A stretch of DNA of 64,000 bases. Origin: an uncultured Pelagibacteraceae bacterium. GTDB lineage: Bacteria; Pseudomonadota; Alphaproteobacteria; Pelagibacterales; Pelagibacteraceae. Below are positions 9,786 through 20,973 of this stretch, piece by piece. Where the stretch lies: contig CACKOH010000001.1 of NCBI GenBank assembly GCA_902601785.1, positions 54,688-118,687 on the forward strand, read 5' to 3'. The position numbers and the translations under genes were made by a program. A model generated the notes under the pieces. That model made no database searches and was not told the origin of the DNA. It saw nothing but the letters and a program-made list of their open reading frames with translations. The first letter of the stretch is position 1. Each line of letters opens with the position of its first letter.

Positions 9786-12032
9786 TTAAAAAGTTGTTCC
9801 AAGATTAAACCTAAAAGACTCGGTAATATCGTTAGAGCTCTTTGTAATCGGATGTGCTAAAGAAAAATTCATAGGTCCAGCTGGTGAAAACCAGTCTAAG
9901 CCAATACCAATAGAACTTTTGATTTTATTGTCGTCTAAAGCTGAATCATAATCAACACCCCAAATACTAGCAGCATCAATAAAAAAAACAAAATCTGTAT
10001 TTTGTGAATTTTCTAATATTTGAGGAATTGTGGAAGTAAAGTTCACACTAGACATATAATTTCCACCAATAAAATCATCACCATCTTTAGGTCCAACTTT
10101 ACCATACTCAAATCCTCTTAAAGAATTTGATGGTATTCGTATTCTTTCAGATAATTTAATATCTTCATCTTTTAATGAGTGTGCACTTTTTAATGAAAGA
10201 GATATTGATGAAATATTATTTTCAAATAATTCAGTGAAGTATTTGTATCTATATGAGTTTGTTAAAGTATAGGTGTCACTAATGATGGGTAAGTCAACAG
10301 AATAGGAGCTAAAAAAACCATCACTTGTTTGAAATTTTTGATTACGTTTATCTAAAGTAGCACCAAATTGTAGAAAACTATCTATGTAATCACCTTCTTG
10401 TTTTTTTTGACGAGCAGAAGCTGTATTATCAGTCTCAATTTTTTCATAATAATTTGATGTTCCTAATTTAAGAAAAAAATCATCGAAATATTCAAATCTT
10501 GTACCAATATCAAAACCAGTTTTATTAAATTTATAACCTGAGTCCTTTAACCTGTCAGTTTCACTGGCATCTAAAGTTAAAAATAATGATTTATCTGAAT
10601 TTTTGTAATTTCGATTTTCAACTTTAAATGTTCCTTTAATTGACTCTGTGCTTAAGTTAAGATTTGTATCCAAACTAACACCCCTTCCTAAAAAATTATT
10701 TTCTTTAACCCCAAACATAAATGTTGAGCCTGATGTACCAAATCCAGCACCAGCCATTATTTCACCTGTAGGTTTTTCCTTAACAGTAATATTGATTATT
10801 TTTGTTTCAGGATTAGACCCATCTACAATTTCTTTTTTTACTTCTTTAAAAAAGTTTAAACTTTTAATGTTATTTATTGATCTTGTTGTCAAGATTTCGT
10901 TAAAAGGGTCGCCCTCATCTACTAATAACTGATTTCTGATAACTGTTTCTTCAGTAATATTATTTCCTAATATATTTATTTTTTCGACAAACCTTTTGTC
11001 TGTTTCAGATATAATAAATCTTAAATTTAAATTATTTTCTATTAGTTGTTCTTCTACAGAGGCATTAATAGACTCAAACTGTTCATTTAAAACAATTAAA
11101 TCAATATCTTCAAGAATATCATTTATTGCATTTAAAGAATAGACAGTACCTTTCAATTCATTAAATAAATCAGTAATTTTTGTGAAGTTATTTAATTCAT
11201 AATCATCAGGTAACTGAAGCTCAAGTTTACCAAAATTAACTTTATTATTAGCATCAATATTGTAGATCAGCTCAAATGAATTACCGTCAAATCTTTTAGC
11301 AAATGAAGAATTTATCGAAACATTGTAATAACCTTTATTTAAATAAAAATTTTTTAATAGTCTTTCATCAAACTTGATCATATTCTCATTTAAGTATTTT
11401 TTTCCACTCAATATTTTCCAAAACTTGTATTCTTCGCTAACAATTACTCTTTTTAATTTTTGGTCTTTGTAAATTTTATCCCCAACAAATGAAATTTTTT
11501 TAATTTTAGCTTTATCACCCAAATCAATATCAAAGATTAGATTTACTTTATTGTTATCAAGAACCTCTTTATAAAAGTCAATTTTTGCAAAATGAAAACC
11601 TTGTTCTTTTAATAATGATATTATTTTTTCTTGCTCCTCAATAAGTTTAACTTCATTAAAAGATGACTTTTCTCTTATTGAAAGAACTTCATTAATACCA
11701 TCTTTAATTCTTTTGGATTTAATACCTTTAATTTTGATATCAGAAATAATTGGGTTTTCTTTAACTGTTATTTTTAAAATATTATTATCAAGTTTAATTT
11801 CTAAATTTTGAAAAAAATTTGTCTCATACAGATTTCTTAATAGAATGTTTATATCATTTTCATTAACATCATCATTTATTTTAATATCACTGAGCATATT
11901 TATTGTTTCAATAGGGATTCGCTCATTACCAATAATCTCTATTTTTTTTACAATTTCACTATTAACAATTCTTGTATTAAAAATAATTAATAGAAAAATT
12001 ATAGTCGTAAATTTAACTATGTTTTTTAACAT
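9786..12032 (-). CDS. bamA: Outer membrane protein assembly factor BamA
   Basis: POTRA motifs (GNERI, VKENPII, VKEKPTG), LRGFEYG, C-terminal FRFNLGTTF. Confidence 0.96.
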   Translation of the reverse strand: MLKNIVKFTTIIFLLIIFNTRIVNSEIVKKIEIIGNERIPIETINMLSDIKINDDVNENDINILLRNLYETNFFQNLEIKLDNNILKITVKENPIISDIKIKGIKSKRIKDGINEVLSIREKSSFNEVKLIEEQEKIISLLKEQGFHFAKIDFYKEVLDNNKVNLIFDIDLGDKAKIKKISFVGDKIYKDQKLKRVIVSEEYKFWKILSGKKYLNENMIKFDERLLKNFYLNKGYYNVSINSSFAKRFDGNSFELIYNIDANNKVNFGKLELQLPDDYELNNFTKITDLFNELKGTVYSLNAINDILEDIDLIVLNEQFESINASVEEQLIENNLNLRFIISETDKRFVEKINILGNNITEETVIRNQLLVDEGDPFNEILTTRSINNIKSLNFFKEVKKEIVDGSNPETKIINITVKEKPTGEIMAGAGFGTSGSTFMFGVKENNFLGRGVSLDTNLNLSTESIKGTFKVENRNYKNSDKSLFLTLDASETDRLKDSGYKFNKTGFDIGTRFEYFDDFFLKLGTSNYYEKIETDNTASARQKKQEGDYIDSFLQFGATLDKRNQKFQTSDGFFSSYSVDLPIISDTYTLTNSYRYKYFTELFENNISSISLSLKSAHSLKDEDIKLSERIRIPSNSLRGFEYGKVGPKDGDDFIGGNYMSSVNFTSTIPQILENSQNTDFVFFIDAASIWGVDYDSALDDNKIKSSIGIGLDWFSPAGPMNFSLAHPITKSSNDITESFRFNLGTTF

Positions 12033-12033
12033 C

Positions 12034-13206
12034 TCAAGATTTATACACTTTTTCTAATACTTTTAAACGAACATATTTATTTAAATTTAGGATATCATTT
12101 AAATTTTGTGGAAAAATTTTTTTATATTTTAAAAATTCTTTCTCTTTAATAATTTTAAATAAATTAAGATTAATTTCAGTAAATTTAATTTTTTTTTGCA
12201 AAAATAATTCAACAAGAATATCATTAACAGAAACTACAACAGTATCATAAAGAGTATGGTTGTCTGTTAATAAATTAAATAACTTAATCATTGGATATCT
12301 TTTAGGATTTATTTTTGTAAAATTTAAATTATTAAGAATATCCAAGTTTAAGTCGTTTGTTTTAATAGTTTTGCTAGTGTTAAAATATAAAGTATTAAAT
12401 ATAGGAATTTTCATTGTTGTGTCATGTGCAACTATTTTAATTAATCCGTTTTTAAATTTTACAATTGCATGAATATAAGATTTAGTGTGTACTAAAACAT
12501 CGATTTTTTTAAATGGTATATTAAAAATATTTTTTGCTTCAATGACTTCATACACCTTATTAATCATAGTTGCTGAGTCTATTGATATCTTATTGCCCAT
12601 CTGCCATGTAGGGTGTTTCAATGCATTATTAATATCTATATTCTTAAATTTTTTTAGTGGCAATTTGAAAAAAGGACCCCCGGAAGCAGTTAAATAAATT
12701 TTTTCTATAAGTTTTGTGTTGATTTTTTTTATAGCGAACCACAAGGAAAAATGTTCAGAATCAACAGGAACAAATTCTGTTTTATATTTATTTAATTCCT
12801 TTTGTATTAATCCCCAGCCACAAATTATTGATTCTTTGTTTGCAATTGCAATTTTAGCTGTATATTTAATAATATTGATTGTTGGATAAAGACCATCAAC
12901 TCCTGTAATAGAGCTCATAACATAATCAATTTTTTTTTTTTTAAAGATAAAATCTAATTCTTTATAATTGTTGAATATATTAACTTTTAAATATTTTGTT
13001 TTTTTTTTAAGAATTAAATAACTCGACGGGTCTGTAATAATTACATTATTAACATTAAATTTTTTAATTTGTGTTAGAAGGGTTTTATAGTCTTTATGTG
13101 CTGAAATTAAATAGATTTGAAATTTATTTTTTTCTTTTGAAAGGATGTTAATTAAATTTTTTCCAATTGAACCTGTTGAACCTAATATTGCTATTTTTTT
13201 TTTCAT
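12034..13206 (-). CDS. dxr: 1-deoxy-D-xylulose-5-phosphate reductoisomerase
   Basis: LGSTGSIG, ANKES, PVDSEH, LTASGGPF and HPTWQMG.KISIDSATM.NK motifs. Confidence 0.95.
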   Translation of the reverse strand: MKKKIAILGSTGSIGKNLINILSKEKNKFQIYLISAHKDYKTLLTQIKKFNVNNVIITDPSSYLILKKKTKYLKVNIFNNYKELDFIFKKKKIDYVMSSITGVDGLYPTINIIKYTAKIAIANKESIICGWGLIQKELNKYKTEFVPVDSEHFSLWFAIKKINTKLIEKIYLTASGGPFFKLPLKKFKNIDINNALKHPTWQMGNKISIDSATMINKVYEVIEAKNIFNIPFKKIDVLVHTKSYIHAIVKFKNGLIKIVAHDTTMKIPIFNTLYFNTSKTIKTNDLNLDILNNLNFTKINPKRYPMIKLFNLLTDNHTLYDTVVVSVNDILVELFLQKKIKFTEINLNLFKIIKEKEFLKYKKIFPQNLNDILNLNKYVRLKVLEKVYKS

Positions 13207-13212
13207 TTAAAA

Positions 13213-13860
13213 CTAGATTAAAATTTCTAAGTGTAAAAATAGATAACCAAAGGGAAATGCAAAGATCATGCCATCAATTCTATCTAGTAAACCTCCGTGC
13301 CCAGGTATTATATTCCCAGTGTTTTTAATTTTTGATTTTCTTTTAAAATAAGAAATTGTTATATCGCCTATTTGACTAATTAATGAAATAAATAATATAA
13401 AAATTATCATATTTTTTGAATTAAATTTTAAATAAGAAAATATATCTGTTGTTTCTAGAAATAAATAAGCAAATAGAATCGATAAAATAAAACTTCCCAA
13501 CATACCAGAATAGGTTTTATTTGGACTTATCTTTGTTAATTTTTTTCCTTTAAAAATTTTTCCAAAAAAATAACCACCTAAGTCAGTTGAGATGCATATT
13601 ACCATAATTAAAAGAAAAAAAGAAATATCAATTTTAAAATTAGTCAAATAATAAACGGAATAAAAGGATAATAATAAAAAAACAATACCTATAAAATAAT
13701 AGGGATTATTTTTTTTCATCTTATACCACTCATATAATGAAATAAAAAAACAAATAAAAATAAATAAATTTAAAAATATAGAGCCCTTAATAATAACAAA
13801 CACAACAATTAAGATTAATATAAGAGAACTAATAAACCTTTTTAGAAATTCCTGATTCAT
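13213..13860 (-). CDS. cdsA: Phosphatidate cytidylyltransferase
   Basis: ISPNKT and FKRKSKIKNTG..IPGHGGLLDRIDG motifs. Confidence 0.95.
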   Translation of the reverse strand: MNQEFLKRFISSLILILIVVFVIIKGSIFLNLFIFICFFISLYEWYKMKKNNPYYFIGIVFLLLSFYSVYYLTNFKIDISFFLLIMVICISTDLGGYFFGKIFKGKKLTKISPNKTYSGMLGSFILSILFAYLFLETTDIFSYLKFNSKNMIIFILFISLISQIGDITISYFKRKSKIKNTGNIIPGHGGLLDRIDGMIFAFPFGYLFLHLEILI

Positions 13861-14534
13861 TATATGTTACCAAAATTTCTTTTAATTAATTTATATTCTT
13901 TAACAATTTTATTGAAGTCTTTTTCGTTAAAGTCCGGCCATAATTTTTTTTCAAAAAAAATTTCTGAATAAGCTAGTTGCCATAATAAAAAATTACTTAA
14001 TCTTTTTGTATTCCCAGTTCTTATCAAAAAATCAGGATCAGGTATATTTGAAGTATGTAAATGATTAGTTAAATTTTTTTCAGTAATTTTTCTTTTAGAA
14101 TTTTTTAACTTTCTGAAAGCGCCAATTAATTCAGATTTTGAACCATAATTTAAAGCAAGATTGATCTGAAGTGTTTTATTATTAGAGGTTTTTTTTTCTG
14201 CAAATTTTAAGAGTTTGTTAAGTTTTGGTGAAAAATTTTTTGTACCAATAATTTTCAATTTAATCTTGTTTTTATGAAATTCATCTAATCTTTTATTTAA
14301 AAAACTTTCTAGGAGACTAAATAGATAATTGATTTCTTTTTTGGGTCGTTTCCAATTTTCAGTTGAAAAAGCATATAATGTTAAATATGAAATTTTTTTT
14401 TTTACTACTTGCTTAATTATTTTTTCAACAGTTTTAAGACCTTCTTTATGACCTGAGTTTCTAGAATTTTTCTTTTTTATCCCCCATCTTCCGTTGCCAT
14501 CCATAATAATGGCTACATGATTTAGTGGGTTCAT
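13860..14534 (-). CDS. uppS: Undecaprenyl diphosphate synthase
   Basis: HVAIIMDGNGRW, YAFSTENWKRP and RLSNFLLWQ motifs. Confidence 0.97.
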   Translation of the reverse strand: MNPLNHVAIIMDGNGRWGIKKKNSRNSGHKEGLKTVEKIIKQVVKKKISYLTLYAFSTENWKRPKKEINYLFSLLESFLNKRLDEFHKNKIKLKIIGTKNFSPKLNKLLKFAEKKTSNNKTLQINLALNYGSKSELIGAFRKLKNSKRKITEKNLTNHLHTSNIPDPDFLIRTGNTKRLSNFLLWQLAYSEIFFEKKLWPDFNEKDFNKIVKEYKLIKRNFGNI

Positions 14535-15082
14535 ATTGTCATTATTTCTTTTTCTTTTAATGAAACTTTTTCATCGACTGACTTTATATGATTGTCTGTG
14601 ATTGTTTGAACTTTTTTTTCATAAGTTTTTTCCTCATCTTCACCAATTTCTTTTGATTTTAAAAGTTTTTTTAAATCCTCATTTGCTTCTCTTCTTATGT
14701 TTCTAATTGAAATTTTACATTTTTCACCGATAGACTTAATTATTTTTTTTAATTCAGTTCTTCTCTCTTCATTAAGTTCAGGCACGGGTAATCTTATCAA
14801 CTGTCCATCGATTTGTGGGTTTAATCCTAAATCAGATTTTTTAATAGCACCATCAACTAATGGTACGTTGTTTAAGTCCCAAACTTGAACATTTATCATC
14901 CTTGGTTCAGGTGTTGTTATGCTGCCAACTTGATTAATTGGCATTTGCTGTCCATAAACATCAACTTTAATTAAATCTAACATAGCAGCGTTAGCTCTTC
15001 CAGTCCTTAGAGAAGATAGTTCTTTTGAAAATACCTCTATAGCTTTATCCATTTTAAGGCTGTAAGATTTTTCATCAAACAT
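14531..15082 (-). CDS. frr: Ribosome recycling factor
   Basis: LRTGRAN, LGLNP and IRNIRR motifs. Confidence 0.97.
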   Translation of the reverse strand: MFDEKSYSLKMDKAIEVFSKELSSLRTGRANAAMLDLIKVDVYGQQMPINQVGSITTPEPRMINVQVWDLNNVPLVDGAIKKSDLGLNPQIDGQLIRLPVPELNEERRTELKKIIKSIGEKCKISIRNIRREANEDLKKLLKSKEIGEDEEKTYEKKVQTITDNHIKSVDEKVSLKEKEIMTI

Positions 15083-15934
15083 TTACTCTCCAATTTTAAT
15101 TCTATAAAATTCTCTTATTTTTAGATCAGCTATAGATAATTCTTGTAATATATCCTTCACTTTTTTTTTAGGTTCCATTACCCAAGCTTGAGTCAAAAGA
15201 GCATTTTCTTCCCTAAACTTATTCATCTTACCTAAACTAATTTTTTTGGCAATCTCCTCAGGCTTTCCAGAGTTTTTTAATTCTTCTGTAACAAGTTCTT
15301 GTTCTTTATCGATAACATCCTGATCTATTTGATCAGAATCTAAAGCTAAAGGGTTTGAGGCTGCAATATGCATAGATAGCTGTTTACTGAATGTTTTTAC
15401 TACCTCAGACTTTTCTTTAGTTTCTAGTGAGACTAATACAGCTAACTTTGCTACATTATCCTTAACAACTGTATGGAGGTAATAATTATTTACACCATTT
15501 GAATTTTCAATTGTTTTAGATTTTCCTATTGTTATTTTTTCACCAATTTTTGCAATCAACCCAACTAAATTTTCATCAACTGATTTGCCATTCTTCATTT
15601 TCGTGTCCTTTAATTCATCAAGATTAGAATTTTTTTGATTATTCAATTCGCTAAGTTCTTTCACAAATTTAATAAAGTCCTCATTTTTGGCAACAAAATC
15701 AGTCTCACAATTTATTTCAATGATAGATGTTTTTGTTTCATTCCCACTAACAACTACAACTCCCTCTTTAGCATCACGAGACATTTTTTTTGAAGCCTTT
15801 GAAATTCCTTTTACTCTTAGTATTTCAATTGCCTTTTCTATATCACCGTTAGCCTCTTTTATTGCTAAATTGCAATCTTTGAAACCTGCTCCAGTGACTT
15901 CTCTTAGTTTCTTTACATTCTCTATATCGCTCAT
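15083..15934 (-). CDS. tsf: Elongation factor Ts
   Basis: [23 protein letters not shown] and MHIAA motifs. Confidence 0.97.
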   Translation of the reverse strand: MSDIENVKKLREVTGAGFKDCNLAIKEANGDIEKAIEILRVKGISKASKKMSRDAKEGVVVVSGNETKTSIIEINCETDFVAKNEDFIKFVKELSELNNQKNSNLDELKDTKMKNGKSVDENLVGLIAKIGEKITIGKSKTIENSNGVNNYYLHTVVKDNVAKLAVLVSLETKEKSEVVKTFSKQLSMHIAASNPLALDSDQIDQDVIDKEQELVTEELKNSGKPEEIAKKISLGKMNKFREENALLTQAWVMEPKKKVKDILQELSIADLKIREFYRIKIGE

Positions 15935-15935
15935 A

Positions 15936-16757
15936 TTAATTTAGAGTCTCCTTAGCATCTTTAGAGAACTTTTGTTCTAATTTTTCTCTGTCAAGTTCTT
16001 GGATTGTTTTTGATTTATCATTATCTTTTTTATTATCTTTAATTGGATCTTTTTTTACTTCTTGAGTTGGAATAGAAGATTTGGCACTATTAATTGTGTC
16101 CTTTATAAGATTACAATAAAGGTCAATAGCTCTTCTTGCATCATCATTTCCTGGAATTGGAAAATCAATATTTTCTGGATTTGAATTACTATCTAAAATT
16201 GCAATAATTGGTATTCCAAGTTTAGCGGACTCTGCTATTGCTAAAGACTCATAGTTTGTATCTATTACAAAAACAAGATCTGGAACTTTTTTCATTTCAG
16301 CAATTCCACCCAAAGATCTTTGAAGTTTATCTTTCTTTACGCTCATTTTTAAGAGTTCTTTTTTAGTAAATCCTCTATTTTCAGCAGAAAGATCTACTTC
16401 TAATTTTTTTAATTTTTTAATTGAATTAGAAATTGTTCCCCAATTAGTTAACATTCCACCTAACCATCTATAATTTACAAAATATTGATCTGTTTCTTTT
16501 GCAACTTCTGCTATCGCTTCAGATGCTTGTTTTTTTGTAGAAACGAACAAAATTTTTCCATTATTTGCTATTGTATTATAAACTTTTTCCAAAGCTACTT
16601 TGGTTAATTCAAGTGTTTGAGTTAAATCTATAATGTGGATTGAATCCCTTTTTCCAAAAATATATTTCTTCATTTTTGGATTCCATCTTAAGGTTTTGTG
16701 GCCAAGATGGACACCTGCTTCTAATAATTGTTGAATTGTGACGTTAGGTATTTTCAT
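15936..16757 (-). CDS. rpsB: 30S ribosomal protein S2
   Basis: [24 protein letters not shown] and PGNDDA motifs. Confidence 0.98.
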   Translation of the reverse strand: MKIPNVTIQQLLEAGVHLGHKTLRWNPKMKKYIFGKRDSIHIIDLTQTLELTKVALEKVYNTIANNGKILFVSTKKQASEAIAEVAKETDQYFVNYRWLGGMLTNWGTISNSIKKLKKLEVDLSAENRGFTKKELLKMSVKKDKLQRSLGGIAEMKKVPDLVFVIDTNYESLAIAESAKLGIPIIAILDSNSNPENIDFPIPGNDDARRAIDLYCNLIKDTINSAKSSIPTQEVKKDPIKDNKKDNDKSKTIQELDREKLEQKFSKDAKETLN

Positions 16758-16759
16758 TT

Positions 16760-16838
16760 TTATTCCCGGTTAAGCCACCACAGTAATTTCCAATTAAGGA
16801 CCGGAGGTATAAAACCAATAACTGTGTGCGTGTTAGTT
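16760..16838 (-). promoter_or_regulatory. rpsB 5' leader RNA (S2 autoregulatory structure with pseudoknot)
   Basis: Stem CACAGU (16821-16826) / ACUGUG (16779-16784); internal CCGGU (16800-16804) is complementary to ACCGG (16766-16770) just before the start codon. Confidence 0.75.
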
Positions 16839-16886
16839 TAATTTATGGAGTATTTACAAATATTTTATGAAATTAACAAGTTTTAT

Positions 16887-19800
16887 TTATAAAATAATAG
16901 CTTGTATTTGTTGTTTTCTTAACAAATTTAATGATTTTCTATCTAAATCTTTTGAATTTTTCAGTTTAAATTGAAGAATATTATCGTCAGTAATTAAATT
17001 GATATTAACTGTTGTTTTGCCATTTTTTTTTAGAATTTTTGATATCACTTGGACTTGATGTTTAGAACTGACCTCAAAACAAACTTCATTTATTGGGCTA
17101 TTAAATAGATCTTTTAATGAGGATATTTTTTGAACATTAATTCTTTTAAAACGGTTTTCATCATCAGTTACATTTTTAACTAAATCTAATATTAAAGAAT
17201 TTCCCTCTTTTAAAATTTCTCTATTTAATTCTAAAACATCTGAAAATATAAAAAGTTCAAATACACTTGATAAATCTGTCAATTTTAAAACTGCATAAGA
17301 ATTTCCTTTTGATGTTTTTCTCTCTTGTAATTTAAGTAAAGTAGCTGCTATATTTGAGTTTTTAATCTGATCGTTTAAAATAAATTTATTGTATTCATTT
17401 ATTTTATAATCATCAAATATTTCTGTAAATTGATTTAAAGGATGATCGGAAATAAAGAAACCTACTGCTTCAAATTCTTTAGCCAGTCTTTCTTCGAATT
17501 TCCAGTCTTCGATAATGTTAATTATATCGTCTTGATTATTCTCATCCTCAGAAAATAAATCAATTTGATTTGCAGACTTATTCTCAAAAATATTTTTACT
17601 TTTGGTTATAATATTGGGTATTGAGTCAAATAATGCTTGTCTATTTTGATTTATATTATCAAAGGCGCCTGCTTTTACCAGTCCTTCTAATTGGAGTTTA
17701 TTAATATCTTTTGGATTCACTCTATTTAAAAAATCATTAATTGACAAAAATTTTCCATTTCTAATTCTTTCATCAATAATATTTGAAATTGCCTCATACC
17801 CTACCGCCTTTATTCCTCCTAAAGCATAATAAAACTTTCCGTCTTTCGTTCTAAAATCTGCATAACATTCGTTTATATCTGGTCTTACAACTTCTACATT
17901 TAATCTGTTTAATTCTTCATAGAACTCACTAAGTTTGTTTTGATTAGAAATATCCATCGTCATTGATGCGGCAATAAACTCTTTTGGATAATAAGTTTTT
18001 AAAAAGGCAGTTTGATAAGAAATTATTGCATATGCAGCTGCATGACTTTTGTTAAATCCATATTCTGCAAAAGGTTCAATTTTTAAAAATATTCCAGCTG
18101 CAACATCTTTTGCTATTCCATTTTTAATTGCCCCTTCAATAAAACCTTGTTTCTGTTTTTCAAGTTCAGCTCTTTTCTTTTTACCCATTGCTCTTCTTAG
18201 TAAGTCTGCTTGGCCAGCAGAAAAACCCGATAACTTTTGAGCTATTTGCATTACTTGTTCTTGATAAATAATTACTCCATAAGTTGGTTTTAAAATATCT
18301 TCTAATAGTGGATGTAAATAATCTGGTTTTTGTTTACCATGTTTGCAATCATTATAGATCGGAATATTACTCATTGGTCCTGGTCTATATAAAGCTACAA
18401 GAGCGATAATATCTTCTATGTGATTTGGTTTCATTTGCAATAAAGCTTCTCTCATTCCAGCACTTTCAATTTGAAATAAGCCAACAGTTTTGCCACTTGA
18501 TAATAAATCAAAAACTTTTTGATCCTCAAAATTTATATTTTCAATATCAAAATTTTTATCAATCTTTTTAATTAGTTTTTGAGTGTTGTTAATCACTGTA
18601 AGTGTTTTTAATCCTAGAAAATCAAATTTTATTAACCCAGCATTTTCAGCTGAATACATGTCAAATTGAGTAGAAGGTAGTAAAAGATCTGCAGAACTGT
18701 CTTTATATAGAGGAACTACTTCAGTTAATTTTCTGTCAGCAATAACGACACCTGCCGCATGAGTTGCAACATTTCTATTTAGACCTTCAAGTTGAAGTGA
18801 TAAGTCTGTTAATTTTTTAACTTTTGGATCCTCATTAATTAATTTTTGAAGTCTTGGTTCACCAGCAATACATTGTGTTAAATTTTGAGGTCTTGAGGGA
18901 TCAAAAGGTATCATTTTAGAAATGCTATCTACAAACCCATAAGACAATCCTAAAACTCTACCAACATCACGAATAACCATTCTAGCTTTTAACTTTCCAA
19001 AAGTAATAATATGAGCAACACTGTCTTTGTACTTTTTTGTTAAATATTCAAATACAAGATCTCTTTTATCCTCACAAAAATCGATATCAAAGTCAGGCAT
19101 AGATATTCGATCTGGATTTAAAAATCTTTCAAAAATTAAATTAAATTTAATTGGATCTACATCTGTAATTGATAGACACCATGCAACTAAAGAACCAGCT
19201 CCTGAACCCCTACCAGGACCAACTGGTATATCATTATTTTTTGCCCACTTAATATAGTCTGACACAATTAGAAAATAGCTAGCATACTTCATTTCAATAA
19301 TTATTGAGAGTTCATGGTCTAATCTTTTTTTGTAATCTAAATAGCTTTGGTTAGTTTCGATTTCATTAGTTTGAATTTTGAACACCTTTTCAAATTTGGT
19401 TTTCAGTCCATCTAAAGAATCTTTTCTTAAAATATCGTCAGCATCGCCTCCTTTATCTTGACTTATATTTGGTAAAATTGGGTTAGAAAATAAAGGTCTA
19501 TAATTACATCTTAGAGGAAAATTGTAATTATTCTCTAATGCTTCTGGTAAATCAGCAAATAATTCAGACATTTCTGAATTATTTTTGAAATAGTGTTGAT
19601 CAGTTAACTTTAGTCTGTTCTTTTCATTAACATAGGTTTTGTTGCCTATGCAAATCAATGCATCATGTGCTTCATGCATATTTTTATTTAAATAATATAC
19701 CTCATTGGTAGCAATTATTGGTATCTCTAGATCAGAGGATTTTTTTAAATTAAATTTTTCAAAACCATTTTCGTTAAGGTCTTTGTGTCTTTGGATTTCT

Positions 19801-20303
19801 ATATAAAAACGATCTCCAAATTTTGACTTAATTTTATTATAAAAGTCATCTATTTCACTAAATTTACCTTTATCAAATAATTTACCAAATAATCCAAAAA
19901 CAGTTCCAGAAAATAATGCAATGCCTTCAGAATTATTTAATAAATAATCAAAGGTTACATGCGGATCGGATAGATCATCATTTTTCAAATAGGATACTGA
20001 GGATAGATCGATAATATTTTTATAACCTATTTCATTAAGAGCATACAAAGGAAGTAGCCCAATTGTGTCATGAATTTTGAAGTTAATTTGTGTTCCAATG
20101 ATAGGTTGGGTTCCTGATTTTGATATTTTTTCAGCAAATTCTAATGCTCCACAAAGATTAGATGTATCACAAAGACCTAATGATTTTATTTTATTACTTT
20201 TCGAAAATTCTTGAAGATCATCAATTTTAATAGCACCTTCACAAATAGAGTATTGGGTATGGATTTTAAGATGATTAAAGTTTTGCGGTAAAGACTCAGC
20301 CAT
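16887..20303 (-). CDS. dnaE: DNA polymerase III alpha subunit
   Basis: PHP HTQYS, GPGRGSGAGS, MPDFDIDF, KFDFLGL and YGFNKSH motifs. Confidence 0.98.
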   Translation of the reverse strand: MAESLPQNFNHLKIHTQYSICEGAIKIDDLQEFSKSNKIKSLGLCDTSNLCGALEFAEKISKSGTQPIIGTQINFKIHDTIGLLPLYALNEIGYKNIIDLSSVSYLKNDDLSDPHVTFDYLLNNSEGIALFSGTVFGLFGKLFDKGKFSEIDDFYNKIKSKFGDRFYIEIQRHKDLNENGFEKFNLKKSSDLEIPIIATNEVYYLNKNMHEAHDALICIGNKTYVNEKNRLKLTDQHYFKNNSEMSELFADLPEALENNYNFPLRCNYRPLFSNPILPNISQDKGGDADDILRKDSLDGLKTKFEKVFKIQTNEIETNQSYLDYKKRLDHELSIIIEMKYASYFLIVSDYIKWAKNNDIPVGPGRGSGAGSLVAWCLSITDVDPIKFNLIFERFLNPDRISMPDFDIDFCEDKRDLVFEYLTKKYKDSVAHIITFGKLKARMVIRDVGRVLGLSYGFVDSISKMIPFDPSRPQNLTQCIAGEPRLQKLINEDPKVKKLTDLSLQLEGLNRNVATHAAGVVIADRKLTEVVPLYKDSSADLLLPSTQFDMYSAENAGLIKFDFLGLKTLTVINNTQKLIKKIDKNFDIENINFEDQKVFDLLSSGKTVGLFQIESAGMREALLQMKPNHIEDIIALVALYRPGPMSNIPIYNDCKHGKQKPDYLHPLLEDILKPTYGVIIYQEQVMQIAQKLSGFSAGQADLLRRAMGKKKRAELEKQKQGFIEGAIKNGIAKDVAAGIFLKIEPFAEYGFNKSHAAAYAIISYQTAFLKTYYPKEFIAASMTMDISNQNKLSEFYEELNRLNVEVVRPDINECYADFRTKDGKFYYALGGIKAVGYEAISNIIDERIRNGKFLSINDFLNRVNPKDINKLQLEGLVKAGAFDNINQNRQALFDSIPNIITKSKNIFENKSANQIDLFSEDENNQDDIINIIEDWKFEERLAKEFEAVGFFISDHPLNQFTEIFDDYKINEYNKFILNDQIKNSNIAATLLKLQERKTSKGNSYAVLKLTDLSSVFELFIFSDVLELNREILKEGNSLILDLVKNVTDDENRFKRINVQKISSLKDLFNSPINEVCFEVSSKHQVQVISKILKKNGKTTVNINLITDDNILQFKLKNSKDLDRKSLNLLRKQQIQAIIL

Positions 20304-20973
20304 TAGATGACTTTATCTTACCATTTAATATCTCCAATAGGCAATCTGCCTTATTTCCAAAAAATCTATTATGAGTTGCAAATATAATTAATCTGTCTGA
20401 TCTCTTTTGATCCTTTAATAAATTAAATATTATTTTTGCAGTTTTCATATCCAAACTACCAGTTGGCTCATCTGCCAATATTATTTCTGGATCATTAATA
20501 ATTGCTCTTGCAATAGCTATCCTTTGAGCTTCTCCACCAGATAATTGAGAGGGATAATGATCAGCTCTGCTAGATAAACCTATTTTCTGTAACAATTGTT
20601 TCGCTTTGGAAATTGCCAAATTTTTATTATTATTAATTGATAAACTAGCCAAATAAATATTTTCCAATGATGTAAAGTCAGGTAATAAATTATTTTGCTG
20701 ATAAACAATTCCAATTTTTTTCGCTCTAAGTTGATCATTTTGCTCTTTTTCGTCATAATTAATTTGGTGATTATTAAATTTAATTAAACCATTCGAGGGT
20801 TTGTCTATTAAGGAAATTAAATTTAATAAAGTAGACTTACCAGAACCTGAGGGACCCATCAGAGAGTAAATTTTACCTTTTTTAAAATTGTATGATAAAT
20901 TTTTTATAACTTTTAGCTTTTTATTAGTCTCAAAAGTTTTTGATATATTGTTTAATTCTAAAAATTTATTCAT
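20296..20973 (-). CDS. lolD: Lipoprotein-releasing ABC transporter ATPase
   Basis: GPSGSGKST, LSGGEAQR and ADEPTG motifs; follows a lolC/E gene. Confidence 0.88.
   Translation of the reverse strand: MNKFLELNNISKTFETNKKLKVIKNLSYNFKKGKIYSLMGPSGSGKSTLLNLISLIDKPSNGLIKFNNHQINYDEKEQNDQLRAKKIGIVYQQNNLLPDFTSLENIYLASLSINNNKNLAISKAKQLLQKIGLSSRADHYPSQLSGGEAQRIAIARAIINDPEIILADEPTGSLDMKTAKIIFNLLKDQKRSDRLIIFATHNRFFGNKADCLLEILNGKIKSSNG

Noticed and set aside
12930-12942. A13 homopolymer in dxr as a phase-variation site
   Set aside because: The frame is intact, and long A/T runs are common throughout this AT-rich window
16887-20303. Intein in dnaE
   Set aside because: 1138 aa is a normal length and no splicing motifs were seen
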